DNA of 63,213 nucleotides, the filler included. It is 4 parts of 4 records of this genome, joined end to end, with 100 filler letters (N's around TTAATTAATTAA, not from the genome) between each part and the next. Parts side by side here need not be neighbours in the genome. Positions count along the whole stretch, not along the records: positions 43,063 to 63,213 come from SRR2962707_4369; 3 more parts are not named here. One strand, given 5' to 3'. Positions 56,101 to 62,862 of the stretch are shown here, in pieces. Below the pieces are notes generated by a model. It was not told the DNA's origin. It saw nothing but the letters and a program-made list of their open reading frames with translations, and ran no database searches. Numbering within the stretch: position 1 is the first letter of the stretch; every line of letters starts with the position of its first letter. A program made the position numbers and the translations under genes.

Positions 56101-59100
56101 TCCACCATGGCAGAGTTGGCGACCGTAAAGAGAGGTCTGCACTCCAGTGGATGCATCGACGACTTTCCCAACTGCGCCATGCACGCCTTCAATTTGAACG
56201 CTGTGCTCCGGGCAGTTGAACGTCAGCGGTGAGCCGTCTGCGAGCGGGAAATGGCTTGCGTCTATTCTGTGAGCTGCAAGTGGTCGCGATGCGTGTTCTG
56301 TGACCAGAAGCACGGTGATGGAAGCCAAGGGACAGATCACATGCCAGGCGTTCAGCAGCAGAGGATTGAACGCCACATAACTAATGACGATATGCTGCCA
56401 TTTTGGCCGCTGAGTAAACTCTGCACCACACAAGCGCACAGTTTCTGGGGCCAGCACAGCAACTGTCGCTTCAGGGGAGCGCTTGTCGTCGAGTGATAGG
56501 ACGGTGCCTCCGACTTCCCACGTTGCCAATGCAATGGCGACGCCGTGTTCCGCCGGCGCGAGTCCGGGGTCAATTGCAACCTTTGCTGTTGCATCGTGCC
56601 GCAACAAGTGGCGATACCAACAGGCAGCTTGCGCGAGCCGTTCCGCCGAAACAGCCGCCCACTGGCAATCCACAACGCCATGGAGTCGGTCACTACATCT
56701 CGGTCGAAGGCACGTTGCAGGACGGCCGGTATAGCTGGCTGTGTGAACAGGAGGGAGTGTCACCGCGTCGTCACGGCGTACAACACGAAACCATGGCGCG
56801 GTTGCCGTGGCAAGATTCCCTGTGTCTTGCGTTGATGCGGCGTCATTGGTGGCGACAAATTTCACGTCGTATCGCCAGCCAAGCTCCGACTGGTGTTCAA
56901 ACAACTTCTTAGAAATCGAGACCGAGCGAATTCCAGGACACGTGGCAGCAACGTTGTCAAAAAACGCCGGAGGGAGGAACAGGTCATCGTCAAGGCTCAC
57001 GCGAACGCGTCTCGCCGGACAACAACGACGATGCCGCCTCAACTGGTCCAGCAACTCGTACTTGGTCAGCAAATTAGGTACATCGCCAACCCAGAGAATC
57101 CCCCCTGGGCAAAGCCTTTTGGCCAGCGTGACGAGAACTCGATGCGTGTATGCCGGCCCGGGAAAGTACTGAACCACACTGTTCAAAATTATGACGTCGT
57201 ACTGTGCATCTGCTGGAATTGTCGCGGGCAAGTCCACACCAACATGGAATCTGGCATTGTGCCATCCATTCTTGTTCGCCAGGTTCTGCGCCCGCTCAAT
57301 CATGCGCGCGGAAATGTCTGTGCCGACATAACTTTCGACAGAAAAGTTAGCCAGTACAGCCTGCATCGTCAGGCAAGTTGCTACGCCCACCTCAAGCACT
57401 GCAGCGCCACGTAAATGCGGTGCCAGCTTTTCGACTGTATTTGCCACAAAAGCGTCAATTTCCGCGTCTGCCATGACGCGCGTGGCGTCAAACGCGGAAT
57501 ACCACCCACCAACATCAGCATCGTCGTCCTCTGCTGCTTTGGTGGACAAATGATCCCACAGGGCGGAGTACGTTTGCGCGTTGCTCGGCTCAACGAAGTC
57601 CTCACTTTCTGGTCCAACGCAAAACACAACGAGAGGTTTCGTCCCGCGCGACCACGCCAAACGAGTACATGTATGAACCGAAGCCGGATCTGTGATGAGC
57701 GCGCCAATTTGCGAAAACCTCACTTGACTGCTGAGTTGAGAGATCGAAGTTTTTGGGCTCATCAGAACGAACGTGCGTCCATGCCGCAGGCATGCGCGCA
57801 CAGCTGCAACCCACGCAGTAGATCCCGCTCCAGCAAACACCGCAATGTGACTAGCGGCTGATTCGAGACTCTCCAACTGCTTCGACAGTGCAGCCTCGTA
57901 ACCCCCGACACCAGCAGGAAACAGCAGTTTCGTGATAGACATGCCCCGATCGTGGTCTTGAATGCTTGCTGCTGGCGTTGATGAAGAACGAGCCGCATTG
58001 GGCTGCTTCTCTTTAGCGAGCATGCGGCAGACGGGAGTTTGCAACGGTTGTGATGCGGCACACGAGAGCACCCGCTCGAAAGTGTCAAGAATTAACGCGA
58101 CAAACGGGCGAGAGTAAAGATCTGCGTAATATTCAACGCGAAGAACACACGTCTCGTTTGCGCTGTGCTCGGAAGCAGCCTCGAGCACGAAATCAAAGTA
58201 TAGATCCCACTTGCATGTTTCGTCTCGCGCAGTCAATCGCTCAAGGCCTAATTCATTGTGCGCAGCAGACCCACGTGCTTGAGCGCCGCTCTCACGACTG
58301 CCGGTTTCGTTGTGCAGTACAACTTCTACGCCGTACTGTGGTGATGTGATTCCAGGATCTGTTGTAGATTTCACCGACTGATCAAATTCAGATGGAAAAT
58401 GTGTGTTTCCCTGGCATTCGCGTGACCGTGCAGCCAGCTCTGCAAGCACGTCTCCAAATGTCGAAGCAGATGAGAACTTCACGCGCAGAGGAAACGACTT
58501 TGCAAAGCACCCAATGGTGGACTGCTCATCAACGCCTCTGCTCGCGACTGGTGTCCCAATGGCCAGGTCGTCTTCGCCAGAGAACAAGTGCACAAGAATT
58601 ACCACGCACGTTGCCAAGCACTCAAAAAGCGTTACGCCAGAACCTGCCGCAACGGCTCGCAGGCCGTCGATTAATTTTCTCGGCAAAAGTCGCACCGCTT
58701 TGGATCCCTTGAACGTGAACACCTTTGGACGCGGCTTATCGCCCGGAATAGTCACAGGTTGCAGACCTTTACATTCACGTATCCAGTACTGTCGTGACGA
58801 ACGTACTGCTGCTGAAATTGCGCCGTTTCGCAGTGCACACTTGACCAAACTCGCATCCATGTGTGGTGACAATGCAGCTTTCGGGGCACCACAGAAATGA
58901 TCGTATGCGTCCCAAAGTTCTTTGAAGAACAGAAAGTGAGAAGTGCCGTCGAATACGACATGGTGCACTGCTGAGCCGAAAAAATACCGACCGTCCGTCA
59001 TAGGCCACAGTACACACTTGACAGGGGCAGAGTTGGCGAGATCCATTGGCGTCTGCGCAAGGTCTTTCAACAAATCATGACACAGCGCGTTTACACCATT

Positions 59101-62100
59101 CTTCCAGTTGCCATCGTCTAGCTTAGAAATGTCCTGCACCACCCAATACGATGGCAAAAGCGACGTGGCTGTCGACGTCCGTTCGGTGTCGATGGGTCCC
59201 ATGTCCAGAAACACAGTACCAGCGGGCACACCAGACATAGTGGCAGAAAAGTCAAGCTGCTGACACAAAATGCTGTCAACAAACGAGGGCAGCATTTGCT
59301 CGGAGCTTGGGAAAAGTTCCCGCGCACTGGCAACGGCCATGCCCATGATACCCGTTACTGCTTCACGCGCGGCAGGTTTCAACATGGCGCTGTGAAAGGG
59401 GGCTGTGATGCTCAGTGACGTGAACCGGCAACCGGAAGTTGGAGAAGACGGCATTTGCATCGCCGTTCGAACCGCAGCTAACGAGGCCGGATGTCCACAC
59501 AACGTTAGCGTGTCCGGCGTCACAACAGCGATGGCAATGCCTCGTCCGCCCTCAACGCTTGAAGTAGCTGCATCCACATCTGCCCCATTCGCTCCGCGCA
59601 CTTGCAGCATCCACGAGTCGTTTCGGTAATCTGCAAAGGTCCGAGTGTACCGATCCACGCTGTGGCCCATGTGGACCAAGATGCGAAGCATATGCAGCGA
59701 CAAGGGCACAAGTTGCTCGTGGCGCTCAGCCCGGTTCAGGACGTGAACAGTCGCGGCACCTTGACTGAAGCCGATAGGTGGCCGCGTCGCCAGCATAAAT
59801 TGTTCATGGCGCATATTGACCCGGTGCAACAACTCCATGTACCCAACCATCTGCCATAGAAATAATTGAGGCATTTCATGCGCCATTTTTCCGATGCTGT
59901 TGGTCCCATCGACGCCCTCCGCAACGCGAAAAGCGGTGTAACTTCGGGTAATTTCTGACTTCACAACCATATCAGCGTCGCGTACGAATTGAGCCGTTGC
60001 CGGCAGCGATGCGGGTGCATCGCCAATTTGAACGCCATGCCCGCCAAAGAAAAGGCGAGTGTCTGCATCTGCCACCATTTTTCGAAAAGCTGCGGGGATC
60101 GGCAATGCACTCGGAACAGATGTCTTTGGCGCAGTCCTTGGAACTTGTTGTATGATCTGCAGCCTCGGTGGGGCCTCGAGCATCCGCTGAACAGGCAGTC
60201 TGTTGGGCGAAGTCTCAAATATCAATCGAAAAGCAACGTGCTTGGCCAACACGTGATTGACGGCCTTCTCAAACTCGGGCACTCGCAGCGGCCCGCGTAT
60301 CAGCAGTCCATTCGAAGTGTTGTAGGCGGTGGGATTGACCAGGTGTGCAGCGTAAACTGGTAGTTGGGAATCAAGGAGGGGGAATTCGGCACCTATCCGA
60401 CCAATGTCATGCGGGGAGACCGTTCGGCTGGAGTAATCGTTGCGGTCGGCCTCAATGCCACCATTCTCGCTCTCATCCGTTTCCAGAGAAGCAGCACTTG
60501 TCACCAATCGAACAAGCTCGTCAAGGCTGGCATTGAGACCAAACATTGCCGGCGCCTCAATTTGCACCCCAAATTCTTGGCGGCAAAAGGTTCCGACCGC
60601 TGTCGATAACAGCGAATCTACTCCCAGCCGCACAAGTTCAGTGGAATGCTCGTGCTCCCATTTCACTTTTCCTGCTCCAAGCCCGCATTTGTGTTCCAGA
60701 AACCAGCAGAGTCTTTGGCGGACAATGTTTGGGGACCTGGCTCGTGGCTGAGGTCGAACATAGGTTCCACCAACACGCGACCGTTCCGCAACGGCTGTGG
60801 CTATTGTGGGCGAAATATCATTGCCGATCGAGCGCGGCCAGAAACGCTGACGCAGAGCAAACAGTGGAGGTGGCAACAGTGGGAGCATGCGCGTGTCAGA
60901 GTAGAGCGCGGGCCAATCGACTGCTTCGCCATTCATGTAGGCACGGCTGGCCCCATCGAAGCTGAGAGGTTTCGGGCAGTTGCGTGCCTGCCGCTTCGGG
61001 ACGACCAGCGACGGGGCCACACCGCGCAACGCACTGGCGAGTTGATGCAAATTTTGCCCGCGAGCCACTGCACGATATCTGAAGTACGATTTGCGCGTCA
61101 CTCCGGCAGCAGTGGCTGAACGGCCCGCGTTGATGGAGAAGCAAAAAGAATTCAGCTGCCACTCTTGAATACTCCCACTCTCGATAGAGGCAGCGAACAT
61201 TTCAGCCTCCTGCCGCAAAGCCGCTTCAGTGGCACCGCGTAGAGTAATGAGATGATGACAGCTACGACTATCCCTCAGTGCAGATTCTGGCGGTGCCACT
61301 GGCTCGGCCTCGACAACCGCGTGCACGTTTGTCCCCAATAGTCCGAATGCGCTCACAGCGGCAAGTCGCAAGCCAGTGCGACTTGTTTTCGGATAAGCTT
61401 GCTTTTCGCGACAAACCGTGAACGGGAGATGTGCCCAATCGATGCTCTTGTTAAGAGTGTCGACGTGAAGGCTTGCCGGAATCAAGTTGTGCTCGAGAGA
61501 CAACAGGACCTTGATCAACCCTAAAACACCAGCGACACCGTCCGCGGTGTGCCCAAAGTTCGATTTGCAAGAGCCGATCTTGCAGTTTCCGGCCATGCGC
61601 CCCAATACATGGTCGTCCTCGAACGCCAACCACGCGTCCCGCAGCCCAGCGAGCTCGATTGGGTCACCTTTCCGTGTTCCGGTGCCATGCGCCTCGATGT
61701 AGCCTAGCTCGCTCGGGTGAATGCCGCACGCGTCCCAAGCGCGCTTGTACAGCTGGGCCTGTGCGACGGGGTTTGGGGCGGTGATGCCGCTCGAGCGGCC
61801 GTCATGGTTGGCCGCCGTCGCCAGTAGAGTTCCGTAGATGTGATTGCCGTCCCGAACAGCGTGCTTCCTCAGCTTCAGCATCACAGCCGCGGCACCTTCG
61901 CCCTTGGCAATGCCGTTGGCGCCGTCGTCGAAGGGCTTGCACTTGACACCGTCGCCGGTGATGCCGAGCTGGTTCCAGATGTGATTCGGCGTGTTCAGGG
62001 GCAGCAGATCCAGCGTGACGCCCCCGGCCACCGCCGCGGTGCACTCCCCAGCCCGCAATGCTTGTGCGGCCAGGTGCACAGCGAGCAACGAAGACGAGCA

Positions 62101-62709
62101 CCCGGTCGCGACCATCATGCCAGGTCCGTGGAGGTCGAACTGGAACGACACACGGCCGCCGATGAACGGCGCGTGGTTACCGTGGGAGCTGCTGGGCATT
62201 CTGGGCTCGGGCAGCAAGCCCTTGTACTTGTTGATTGAGTTGCCCACAAACACCGCCGTGTCGGACCCCACCACCGACGTCTGCATCCCGCAGTCTGCCA
62301 GTAGCTGCCACGTCACCTCGAGGAAGAGCCGCTGCTCCGGGGACAAGTTCAGCGCTGTCTGCTCGTCGATGCCGAACAGGTGGTTGTCGAACTCGTCGAC
62401 GCGCTCGAAGTACGACCCGAACAGGAACGGTTTCGTCTTGTCCACGGCGCTCCCCTGCCGCCGCAAAACGTTGGCAATGTCGGTCGCGCGGCGTTTCGGG
62501 AACCGGCCTTCGCCGACGATGTCGCTGCCGTCGCACAGCGCCTGCCACACCTCGGCGACGTTGTCGAGACCAGGCAGCCTCGCGGCGACGCCAACGACGA
62601 CAACATCATCATCGCCGCGTTCACAGACTGGAGCTCGTGATGGTGCCAGGGGCCGACTCTCGGCTTGTCCTGCCCCCCCGACGCCGGCACTGCCGGCTTG
62701 CTGTTCCAT
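44095..62709 (-). CDS. Hybrid PKS-NRPS megasynthase: KS-ACP-C[AT insert]C-A*[MT]-C*-A-PCP-E-PCP-C-A-PCP-KS-cMT-ACP-AT(-TE by splicing)
   Basis: 18.6-kb open frame, first ATG at 62709. KS1 ATGCSSS/HGTGT/KSNFGH (~62610-61305). ACP GVDS (~60615). C1 HHVVFDG (~58955). A2 YSSGSTGQPK/YGPSE/YRTGD (~55440-53995). PCP GGHS (~53590). E-like HHLAVD (~52950). PCP GGHS (~52050). C2 HHLLVD (~51485). A3 FTSGSTGKPK (~50470-49010). PCP VGSSL (~48810). KS2 NQTCASG/HGTGT/KARFGH (~48605-47320). cMT LECGAGMG (~46090). ACP GGES (~45250). AT FPGQG/GLSLGE/AFHT (~45065-44185). Asterisks mark degenerate domains. Confidence 0.92.
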   Translation of the reverse strand: MEQQAGSAGVGGAGQAESRPLAPSRAPVCERGDDDVVVVGVAARLPGLDNVAEVWQALCDGSDIVGEGRFPKRRATDIANVLRRQGSAVDKTKPFLFGSYFERVDEFDNHLFGIDEQTALNLSPEQRLFLEVTWQLLADCGMQTSVVGSDTAVFVGNSINKYKGLLPEPRMPSSSHGNHAPFIGGRVSFQFDLHGPGMMVATGCSSSLLAVHLAAQALRAGECTAAVAGGVTLDLLPLNTPNHIWNQLGITGDGVKCKPFDDGANGIAKGEGAAAVMLKLRKHAVRDGNHIYGTLLATAANHDGRSSGITAPNPVAQAQLYKRAWDACGIHPSELGYIEAHGTGTRKGDPIELAGLRDAWLAFEDDHVLGRMAGNCKIGSCKSNFGHTADGVAGVLGLIKVLLSLEHNLIPASLHVDTLNKSIDWAHLPFTVCREKQAYPKTSRTGLRLAAVSAFGLLGTNVHAVVEAEPVAPPESALRDSRSCHHLITLRGATEAALRQEAEMFAASIESGSIQEWQLNSFCFSINAGRSATAAGVTRKSYFRYRAVARGQNLHQLASALRGVAPSLVVPKRQARNCPKPLSFDGASRAYMNGEAVDWPALYSDTRMLPLLPPPLFALRQRFWPRSIGNDISPTIATAVAERSRVGGTYVRPQPRARSPNIVRQRLCWFLEHKCGLGAGKVKWEHEHSTELVRLGVDSLLSTAVGTFCRQEFGVQIEAPAMFGLNASLDELVRLVTSAASLETDESENGGIEADRNDYSSRTVSPHDIGRIGAEFPLLDSQLPVYAAHLVNPTAYNTSNGLLIRGPLRVPEFEKAVNHVLAKHVAFRLIFETSPNRLPVQRMLEAPPRLQIIQQVPRTAPKTSVPSALPIPAAFRKMVADADTRLFFGGHGVQIGDAPASLPATAQFVRDADMVVKSEITRSYTAFRVAEGVDGTNSIGKMAHEMPQLFLWQMVGYMELLHRVNMRHEQFMLATRPPIGFSQGAATVHVLNRAERHEQLVPLSLHMLRILVHMGHSVDRYTRTFADYRNDSWMLQVRGANGADVDAATSSVEGGRGIAIAVVTPDTLTLCGHPASLAAVRTAMQMPSSPTSGCRFTSLSITAPFHSAMLKPAAREAVTGIMGMAVASARELFPSSEQMLPSFVDSILCQQLDFSATMSGVPAGTVFLDMGPIDTERTSTATSLLPSYWVVQDISKLDDGNWKNGVNALCHDLLKDLAQTPMDLANSAPVKCVLWPMTDGRYFFGSAVHHVVFDGTSHFLFFKELWDAYDHFCGAPKAALSPHMDASLVKCALRNGAISAAVRSSRQYWIRECKGLQPVTIPGDKPRPKVFTFKGSKAVRLLPRKLIDGLRAVAAGSGVTLFECLATCVVILVHLFSGEDDLAIGTPVASRGVDEQSTIGCFAKSFPLRVKFSSASTFGDVLAELAARSRECQGNTHFPSEFDQSVKSTTDPGITSPQYGVEVVLHNETGSRESGAQARGSAAHNELGLERLTARDETCKWDLYFDFVLEAASEHSANETCVLRVEYYADLYSRPFVALILDTFERVLSCAASQPLQTPVCRMLAKEKQPNAARSSSTPAASIQDHDRGMSITKLLFPAGVGGYEAALSKQLESLESAASHIAVFAGAGSTAWVAAVRACLRHGRTFVLMSPKTSISQLSSQVRFSQIGALITDPASVHTCTRLAWSRGTKPLVVFCVGPESEDFVEPSNAQTYSALWDHLSTKAAEDDDADVGGWYSAFDATRVMADAEIDAFVANTVEKLAPHLRGAAVLEVGVATCLTMQAVLANFSVESYVGTDISARMIERAQNLANKNGWHNARFHVGVDLPATIPADAQYDVIILNSVVQYFPGPAYTHRVLVTLAKRLCPGGILWVGDVPNLLTKYELLDQLRRHRRCCPARRVRVSLDDDLFLPPAFFDNVAATCPGIRSVSISKKLFEHQSELGWRYDVKFVATNDAASTQDTGNLATATAPWFRVVRRDDAVTLPPVHTASYTGRPATCLRPRCSDRLHGVVDCQWAAVSAERLAQAACWYRHLLRHDATAKVAIDPGLAPAEHGVAIALATWEVGGTVLSLDDKRSPEATVAVLAPETVRLCGAEFTQRPKWQHIVISYVAFNPLLLNAWHVICPLASITVLLVTEHASRPLAAHRIDASHFPLADGSPLTFNCPEHSVQIEGVHGAVGKVVDASTGVQTSLYGRQLCHGGIEIFPHLEQQPLFVEAALRIPGVEVGRATTVGGIRTLIVGVDDVEVQVAANYADKAQATLAAKTADSMLTELIVEQLTCTSAELVVAFQLWTSRLLHSDQFILKTDSGTAEHRVSLNPADTILSLVVQCQYSALAKVSTFSAPEAELQLIHGQYVLRCALSNFQTAPTMATSFSNVLSHVLNCTKLTCVSDVGLTGALTERPCGAKTMKTEIPDSEALASVFSRILRSLQEIPNEIGVSDSFGSSLTNMALMQSSAAVAALLCKNGVRHGQTVALLLRRSCKLLVAMLACLQVGAAFVHLDDAYPTEMIEWMAKDCEAEAVLFDDAHRSRALNISVATLLNIGHARDDQVLSEGYVYECSPQDICFLVYSSGSTGQPKAAEVYHCSVQNVFSTIGEMAQLSPGKRGLAVSAACFDISAVELLCPLQFGMHVHICSEAEQVDPDLLWSRITEYSPHFLQATPTMFKMLLSSHWVVGTHKIDAVIAAGEPLDAVTASALLERSVRLWNGYGPSECTLFTTFHHVQNTKSQDNIAIGSFLPRVTGVVRDQHGQPLPLGVAGELWVGGAAVSRGYRNRAELTRQRFVGHEYRTGDVVVVSAISCDLHFLGRNDSQVKVHGRRIEVGQIEAALQSIDGVKQAAVGVRADSLVAFVVTGSDVGGVIPTTQKLRETLAAKLPKFMVPSAIERIPSIPTTKTFKVDRLALLAASTTMTRTTHDALLVGAAQHVRTILGDALPAAAMPDRIVALAVASDSTKDLLASRNGADIVARKLRLGDLPEAARALAIESSTGCSHGHSNNDGASGKQRRKVWDVLSGSVMKVLGLNTQPSKDDNFFELGGHSIAIVSLMLSLRGQGLTVSVTDVMATPILGILSEAIAQNSVDSDGLDAGQTLGATGTGSGLGADDSGTLNNGSPAAQDFFALNPLFPNQYVFPCALRSSGRLDESAVRQGLSVAIERHDGLRLSFQRHDENAAGVTMRPVQFGDAVERLSVRTVELDGVAPGHVWDLLNSSSIVRDSLKQITESLDLKTGRLVGATIVWHGDRTTVFVVVHHLAVDVSAWWILAQELQMLWKGQAPSPVPRLPSAMATYHCFPALTKTIRAAISSGCTYNTAKFVRVSTSARVSGRSVAAMCMLALAQVTSGLSLGGTFDPLFGLADMSLRQKLPPKHQLSVVNASLRVPVQLSKNSDVESIDALLKDYLHNKHIWAEVDLEASSRKPMWLVSDLSALDTRRSDVVQWPIVMVHELQHGRFYRPVTEARLAPLELFIWAENGVLSLGLLFDTEVVHDGLGLLTAIRDCTFSALGDGSSESAKPASARGSAAEPVATAVLESLWKQLLHVDSVAPDSDFFDHGGHSLLAKILQSKMREQGLRIEAAVFLQARKFGAVAAAVSRIPLQEPSSQMVEESIHAMHSPLRACQNQLVLADSLNPDGVGYVETISVVLAQPNEQHIRRVVRGLCSMHPFLNMVVAMTSAGLMLQPKTKESIAIPLIFHDCSFTDMREAISVAKACIRPINVKTGLAYAVGITDSCRSRGLLCISLHHLLVDAFSLQCLQSDLEALVVQQRPVQITPPPLRDFFSSMVEAHYAELAFLESEDATKARQHWVHRYEDVLSPLNLCNWAGAADHPDTRGTAGCTCATVPAHVRHELRRQFSPGQLFAVFLGSYLLTLHRLSGSTDIVVPMPISSRHTLPHRSDQMGMFLATLPCRFCLQPFLDQPRASFASFVDKVASTVFEDTESQLPFDQIVAAIRASGHVAPLIDNMFNYEVRPRPRSGLPRHLFVIAAKTPLSVDFIETGGVLQIVVEYDQSLFAPSFVDAVIGLTQDCLGRAAAQPNITFRDAIPGAWAHGVATELMATTTTRTGKSKAPTRIRMGAPRCSGNLCTRIRAHCMGNPHLPAVSFNDTLIRRDELWATVTQLATGLQALEHFRQNPAVVLVLSRTPNIVILPLAVWVAGGSFTPLVAGTLEMLGEIVAQCNTKVVVTDSEAPLPIPAPSSVQIVAVAELMKLAAPRLQQQANDGLYSRSITKDSVAYTIFTSGSTGKPKACSITHANANCMASSWQAEYALTNRDTMLQWAPFSFDVCMGDILRSQVACAGHLVICPAKSRIDVRAVASLVRRYSVSVMEVTPGFASELVKWESEQLACLRILVCGSDVLHTHTFNSIRLALPESTRVLNSYGMSEATVDSTFYEANNFLPIHTASGTVPIGRAMQNVVLKLVDPRNLAQTVGQFAAGELCIRDDTAGRSNGEFVGRFMRTGDLVRVNHAGNIEFIGRADGIRKVRGFRVNTGFVEDQITTVCSEVHKAVVSVEGDSLVVFIETEDTTLSAIDLQKRLRNVVPSYMYPTFVYPMKRIPLTAHGKVSRRLLPPFSEVQRVAAAHPTASTEHIPAHTNDSSKDGYSGDQLQLLVKLWSECIQLPSTTNLDVENTPLLSVGSSLQLMLFHNKLIRTVPGASDVDIVDMFEISTLRRLAQRLNRPSQLREPVGTQQRAHVDINARVDPLSQSDVAIVGVGLRLPGSIASIADLRTVLSDSSCMHDFVSAFPAERAADVQKGADGQPPPLFDGAFLENVADFDNAFFGLASHEKVVNMAPEQRLVLQVVAEAFNDCGLLHYCTADMPLAVRGAETCGVFIAQSNISYGSVLPKDSPSSVPGLDPAFVQTHVASVFNLRGSSLVVNQTCASGLAALKAACESLRRGECNSAVVAGANIHCIPMHDREYEGMGVLSRDGHCRPFTDGSDGTILGEGVIALVLRRGEDVRSDGFGVYGTVAGIASCSVGRGASITAPSKSSQVTAMQRALAQAARNPEDVSYIEAHGTGTSLGDRIELQALHEVYGQSSPGASPVYIGSSKARFGHLDSVSGLLGVVKTLAVLQNNEIPPLVNMTSPHSWFQSTSSRLRLSASKLIWSQQFEPRIAGVSSLGLNGTAVHAVLAASRKNANKHATTNMHVEVLCPLIVSAPSQHRLLGALRSLVKRLRTVGCDDVCTFRDVCYTTSVVTLHRTEAVIAVLAKNLRSLQRMLDTLPQSDTMLDTWLRRLSTTASRLPGLGSVHSDEDLAEFVRVAGSVPQERLAVLRRWLAKTQHVGDNTSLPLKHCVSVPQCLFNPKRFWPGVSTLRLTASATPLGPYDLATAFQEQHRMVRGLVHSLNLRPAPDFGSRQLEFVNGIIRRFFATDMGVREFIGTELELLGCLGLQSKYGKLLHIMCASLVEGGEATRPGVTHATSSTVTSPTISFVVDDPPTRSQLQSQCAELAARYPGFEDQFRFPLTVSEQYKNVLANPPKTSPLTVLYPEGRLFFVEEEFTKLGDLLGNVYYGMYCSFICSHVHELVKRNPSRRVRILECGAGMGLVTRELLPKLADLGDKNIEYIFTDLGKAFVENARDQFSATYSFMTFSVMDITKNAASQGILGELDVIISYNVIHTTQSIELSVENLQHTLCPGGTLFIIESCRNETWATLAWGILDGWWYFSDYELRPHNPMLEPEKWEALLAARGFESVVVCPTHPEEREFVEKFMFACTTSVTRNTIKSSGSSSSSNGKRNSIILRKPIHREWWEAGSTFKVQAASADMHAALQCEPIDTQHLDAQLELRVRQAIVSIWTHLLHWDETDDGPIPTTIGFHELGGESLLDVRMLAMIKQATGQALEIVDLYSRTSIDSLVAFIASKIHCNSNTTAPATTMLPADIAPRTVVVMFPGQGVQEDIRHSNRRLMQVAAQKLSCDPDLIKFVTTTEIQVFTFVDSVLAFFDRYVYGECKKSELCVDGTGDGSATTIDGSSVVFGLSLGEMSAVVASGALSVEDGLDLVIERGACLQRVEPGAMLAVRGVDCATLEATLRDHCRGVSIANHLTRLTFVVAGTLTAVKEARRVLENQGAGCRLLPVHAAFHTPAVAEAAAEYGQAVRRASALFQPNKIGLVLNTANEARYFPPGSDPADIVTTLASFNVAAPCHFSSMVECAKRHVAVACTVFDECGPGKTLTKLFARWQEEDDDSESERSIATVRNLSSLSSIVC

Positions 62710-62862
62710 TCCTCCAGCCGCCGGCGTAGAATCGTCTTTCACAGTTTGGTGCGACGGCACGACGCAATGGTTAACGCACTACTCGATTGCATCAGGCAAC
62801 ACAACGTGTGCAGTCACGCGAACAGCCGGAGGCGAACGCAGACAACAAAAAAAACACGGAAA

